A DNA stretch of 64,000 nucleotides from positions 3,664 through 67,663 of the forward strand of contig JBBIJY010000010.1 of the NCBI GenBank assembly GCA_037445735.1, read 5' to 3'. The notes under the pieces were generated by a model. It was not told the origin of the DNA. It saw nothing but the letters and a program-made list of their open reading frames with translations, and made no database searches. The translations under genes and the position numbers were made by a program. This document shows, piece by piece, positions 60,584-64,000 of this stretch. Numbering within the stretch: position 1 is the first letter of the stretch; each line of letters begins with the position of its first letter. The stretch is from Armatimonadota bacterium. GTDB taxonomy: Bacteria > Armatimonadota > Fimbriimonadia > Fimbriimonadales > GBS-DC.

Positions 60584-61282
60584 CTAATTCGCTTCCGTTA
60601 CGGGTTCCTGAATCATCACCGCCGCCTCTGGCGTCGGCTCAAAATCGCTGGGAAACGCGACCACACGCCGATTGACCGCGTCCAGGGTCGCCAGCCCGAT
60701 CGCCCGATAGGGGTCTTGACGCACCAGCGCGCTGCCCACCAGCAAATCCTCTCCATTATCACGCACCGCGCTCACCAGCACCACCGCCACCGGATACCCT
60801 GCCAGCACCGTGTTGGTCGACACATCTTCGAGCCCGAACCGCTCGTGCAGCCCGTGCGCCGATTCGACCGCTCGCAGCGTGGCGGCGGCGACCAATCGGG
60901 GAAGTTGCGTGCTCACGCGCACACCCGATGCCACGCCCCGATAGACCTGACCACCCCGCTCCACGAACACCGTCACGGTCGCTCGCGTGCCTTCCTGAAC
61001 AATCTGCAAATCGAGCCAGCGCAGGCGTGCCGAAGTATACCCGCGCCCCACACTTTTTTGCGCCACGCTCACCTTGCGATGGTCGATATTCACGCCGAAG
61101 TGAGCCATCAGAGCCGATTCGACATCGCGCACCACCTGCTTCGGGTTCCGATCGCCCTCCACCAGCAGGTGAATCTCCTGAATGATACCCTTTTCATCCG
61201 CCACCACACGCGCCCCGCACACGCCTTTCAGCTCGCGCAGGGTCGCCTCGATCTGGGTTGCACTCCAGCGACGCTCCACCAT
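60584..61282 (-). CDS. Hypothetical protein
   Basis: 232 aa ORF with GC3-biased codons; no motif recognised with confidence. Confidence 0.45.
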   Translation of the reverse strand: MVERRWSATQIEATLRELKGVCGARVVADEKGIIQEIHLLVEGDRNPKQVVRDVESALMAHFGVNIDHRKVSVAQKSVGRGYTSARLRWLDLQIVQEGTRATVTVFVERGGQVYRGVASGVRVSTQLPRLVAAATLRAVESAHGLHERFGLEDVSTNTVLAGYPVAVVLVSAVRDNGEDLLVGSALVRQDPYRAIGLATLDAVNRRVVAFPSDFEPTPEAAVMIQEPVTEAN

Positions 61283-61606
61283 CGCCTACCTCCTCTGGCA
61301 CGCGCCTACGCACTGCACCAGACATCGCTCCAGAAAAAGCATCGAGGCAACAGCGACCACCCTTCACGCCACTGGCTATAGAATACTCGAATCGCCCCAC
61401 CGATTCCTGCTTAATTGCCTTTCCGTTGCACGATTTTCGACAGCGAATCGCCGATTCCTGCTTAATCCGCATGCAACTGCGGCGATTGATTCAGGTGCGC
61501 CAGCCGCCTGGGGCTATTCGACGAAGCGATGGGGTATCCTTTGAGTCGCATGAAGGCTGCACCTGCGATTGTGAATGCCCGTCATCAATTCAACAAGGGA
61601 AGGGTT

Positions 61607-61688
61607 GCCCGGGTGGCGGAATGGCAGACGCGGGGGACTTAAAATCCTCTGGGGATAACCCGTGCGGGTTCGAGTCCCGCCCCGGGCA
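61607..61688 (+). tRNA. tRNA-Leu (anticodon UAA) with long variable arm
   Basis: Acceptor stem GCCCGGG/CCCGGGC, anticodon stem-loop GGGGA-CUUAAAA-UCCUC (anticodon UAA), long variable arm, T-arm GCGGG-TTCGAGT-CCCGC, discriminator A. CCA is not encoded. Confidence 0.8.
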
Positions 61689-62146
61689 CAACTTATTGCG
61701 CTTCTCCTGCCCCACTGCCCCTGTATCTTGTGATTCTGCAGGCGCAAGACAGGAGGCAGAGAATGGCGAAGACCTGGGGATTCGCGATTGTGGGCGTTTC
61801 CGAATCGCCCCTGCAGGAAGCCCTGCAACTGTGGCTGTTGCAGAAGGAACCCCAATCCGAATCGCGCGAAACCCTGCGCAGCTATGCACAAGTCGGGCGT
61901 GAGTTTGTGGATGCCCTCGCCCAGAGAGGTATCCAAGCTCTGGACACGGTGGGGCTCGAACCCGGTGGACTGTGTATTGCAGGCGTTGGCGCGGGCGTGA
62001 GCAACTTTTTCCATTATCGATGCCCGCTTTTTCGTCCTTTTTGAGTCATTAACATCGAAGCCCTCTCGTCATGGGCTTTACGGGTGGGGGAGCTGAACAC
62101 TGAGCTGAACAGCTCCCCTCACCGGGAATAATAAGGAGACACAACC

Positions 62147-63238
62147 ATGTGGCGGAAAAGTGAAGTTCGAGCAGCCGAGCGCCAGCCAGCACCGAGCGCT
62201 CTTGTGAGGGATGGCGCCAGCACAGGCGCGAAGATACAACCCGATTCTAAAGGCTGTCCCTGCAAAAGGCACAGTCTGTTGCTTCGTGCAACGGCAGTGT
62301 GGTTCCTCGTCGGATTAATTCAACCAGCCTCTCCAATCGCCCAATATAACATGCGCGCGGATTTGCCTGCTGGTGTACGAAACGCGATTGTGCGAGTAAG
62401 TGGGATTACCGGGTCCGAGATAGACGGTGGTGGCTCTGGCACAGTGATACAGATTCATCCGGTAGCGCATGGCTGGTGGTTATGCGTGCTAACAGCCGAT
62501 CATGTGGTGGGATTTTCTGAGCGCTGGGCGATCGGCTTTGGCAACGGCGGCTATGCAACGGGTACCCGTACTGGGGAGTTCACCGCAAACATCATGTATC
62601 GCGGTCCCGTCACCATTGGTGACGCTCGGGCTGACATAGCACTGCTGGGTGTGTTCGTAGCGGACATGAACGGCAATGGTCAGCTGGATGAGATTCCCGA
62701 GATTACACCACTTTCCGTAGCAGAGCCACCTCATTATTATATCGTAGCTGCGGGATACGGATGGTGGGGATATCCTGGGGACCCGCGCCGTTATAACACC
62801 CTGCAAACATACGGGCTTTTCGAGAATGGGCGGAATACCTGGGACAATCCCGATTCTGTGGAATATGAGGACATCACCCACCCCCGTGGTCAGCGCTATT
62901 TTTATCAGAGGTTGCGAGCCAATCTCGATTTCTTTCCCTGGTGGGACTGGCCTCCCTCCGAAGGGGAAGCTATGGTGCTACCTGGTGATTCGGGTGGTCC
63001 CACATTGCAGTTCGATGAGTACGGCACCCGGCGCTGGTTTCTCACAGGGGTACATTCGGTAGGGCAGGGGGGGGAATCGTTCGTTCAGGAAGGAGCCATG
63101 TGGGCAGATGTCCATGCCGGGCACTATCAAAATTGGATCAACCAGGCTTGCGACACAATACCGGAGCCGGGCAGCCTTTGTGCTTTAGCGCTGGGGACGC
63201 TCAGCCTTCTGGTATGTCGGCGACGCAACAGGGCGTGA
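62147..63238 (+). CDS. Trypsin-like (S1 family) serine protease with C-terminal PEP-CTERM sorting signal
   Basis: Catalytic triad contexts LTADHVV (His), DIALLGV (Asp) and PGDSGGPT (Ser). C-terminus IPEPGSLCALALGTLSLLVCRRRNRA has PEP, a TM helix and an Arg cluster. The true start is probably an internal TTG/ATG before the hydrophobic segment LLLRATAVWFLVGLI. Confidence 0.7.
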   Translation: MWRKSEVRAAERQPAPSALVRDGASTGAKIQPDSKGCPCKRHSLLLRATAVWFLVGLIQPASPIAQYNMRADLPAGVRNAIVRVSGITGSEIDGGGSGTVIQIHPVAHGWWLCVLTADHVVGFSERWAIGFGNGGYATGTRTGEFTANIMYRGPVTIGDARADIALLGVFVADMNGNGQLDEIPEITPLSVAEPPHYYIVAAGYGWWGYPGDPRRYNTLQTYGLFENGRNTWDNPDSVEYEDITHPRGQRYFYQRLRANLDFFPWWDWPPSEGEAMVLPGDSGGPTLQFDEYGTRRWFLTGVHSVGQGGESFVQEGAMWADVHAGHYQNWINQACDTIPEPGSLCALALGTLSLLVCRRRNRA

Positions 63239-63324
63239 ACAGGCGTCCAGCCCTGTCTCCTCTCTGTATAAAGTGGTGGAAGCCTTTGGCTTCCACCACC
63301 TGCATCACGGATGAGAGGGCAGTT

Positions 63325-64000
63325 TTAGCAGCCCTGTCCGAAGTTGAACAGGATCATCAGCAGGTCGGCATCGTCCACGGTTCCGTCCCGATTGAGGTCC
63401 GTTAGTAGATTACTACCTGACCGCCCGAAGTCATACAGCAGGCAGAGCAGGTCGGCATCATCCACACAGCCATCGCGGTTCACATCGCCCTGTGGGAGGC
63501 TATCTATGAGGCGATAGACCCGCAGTGCAAAGCCCACATTGAGCAGAATTTCGGGTGTGCCATTGTTATCGATGTCGGCGACGCGCAGGCTGTCCAGTGC
63601 GCCCACATTACTGCCCAGCACAGGTGACTGCCAGACGAGGTAGCGTCTCGCAGCAGGATCAAAGTAGCGGATGTGCAGTCGATCCCCTGCGCAGAACAGG
63701 ATGTCGGGTTCCGCGGAGCCGATCAGGTTGGCAACCTGTAGCCCGTTAATCTGACTGCCGTAGTTGCCCAGCCCCTGCGCAATATTGCCATTAGTGGGGT
63801 TCATGATGTAGAGTGCGCCATTTGTGGTGCCGACCAGAATCTCCTCAATTCCGTTGCCGTCCAGATCTGCCAGTTCCAGTGCTGAGACCTGTCGGGCGCC
63901 CGTAATCAGTTGCTGCAATCGTGTCGCGCCGTCATAAATGATAATCTGCCCATCGCGTTCACCAATAACCAGCTCAAGCTGCGGATCGGTATCCACATTC
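63325..64000 (-). CDS. Partial (5' end beyond window) FG-GAP/beta-propeller repeat protein with C-terminal tandem dockerin-like repeats; paralog of 2380..4089
   Basis: FG-GAP-like DLDGNGIEEILVGTTNG and DIDNNGTPEILL; C-terminus GDVNRDGCVDDADLLCLLYDFG...DLNRDGTVDDADLLMILFNFG. The reading frame is open to the window edge. Confidence 0.6.
   Translation of the reverse strand, partial: NVDTDPQLELVIGERDGQIIIYDGATRLQQLITGARQVSALELADLDGNGIEEILVGTTNGALYIMNPTNGNIAQGLGNYGSQINGLQVANLIGSAEPDILFCAGDRLHIRYFDPAARRYLVWQSPVLGSNVGALDSLRVADIDNNGTPEILLNVGFALRVYRLIDSLPQGDVNRDGCVDDADLLCLLYDFGRSGSNLLTDLNRDGTVDDADLLMILFNFGQGC

Noticed and set aside
61730-62044. 104-aa ORF immediately downstream of tRNA-Leu (and antisense 61514..62014)
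   Set aside because: No homology or motif. The minus-strand ORF reads through the tRNA gene. Kept only as a possible island remnant, not annotated as a gene.

Overview
This 64 kb window is high-GC (about 65%) bacterial chromosome, mostly housekeeping genes with several accessory modules. The organism appears to be diderm: there is an OmpW-like beta-barrel gene, PEP-CTERM proteins, a DUF1559 H-X9-DG prepilin and dockerin-like tails, a combination suggestive of an Armatimonadota/Chloroflexota-like lineage (uncertain). Supported core genes are thrC, aspS-ispE, serC, hslU, alaS, erpA, sthA, rplU, mnmG, mtnA, mutY, rsmE-prmA, an N-terminally truncated uvrA, pfkA and a tRNA-Leu(UAA). Accessory content includes a four-gene T2SS/T4P-like pseudopilin operon and a distant gspF/pilC, a nfeD-flotillin pair and an ECF sigma / anti-sigma / lipoprotein operon. 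There are also two HD-GYP proteins, a hybrid histidine kinase and an ATPase-SARP regulator with inverted domain order. The most interesting locus is a low-GC island at 8135-10106: a beta-class SPPY DNA methyltransferase translationally coupled to an EndoIII-like HhH-GPD protein carrying a C-x6-C-x2-C-x5-C Fe-S loop. This looks like a methyltransferase-linked mismatch glycosylase or a restriction-glycosylase module. A second low-GC island at 41359-42910 holds a frameshifted alpha-class DNA methyltransferase and a small coupled ORF, probably a decaying RM system. A family of GC-rich nested palindromic repeats (CCCTCACCC / CCCTCTCCCCC arms) occurs at least five times. Three copies are in-frame insertions inside ispE, rsmE and a conserved hypothetical gene, where they add Gly/Glu/Pro/Ser-rich peptide loops. 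Two copies are intergenic and terminator-like. Many long opposite-strand ORFs in the track are GC-driven shadow ORFs and were rejected.
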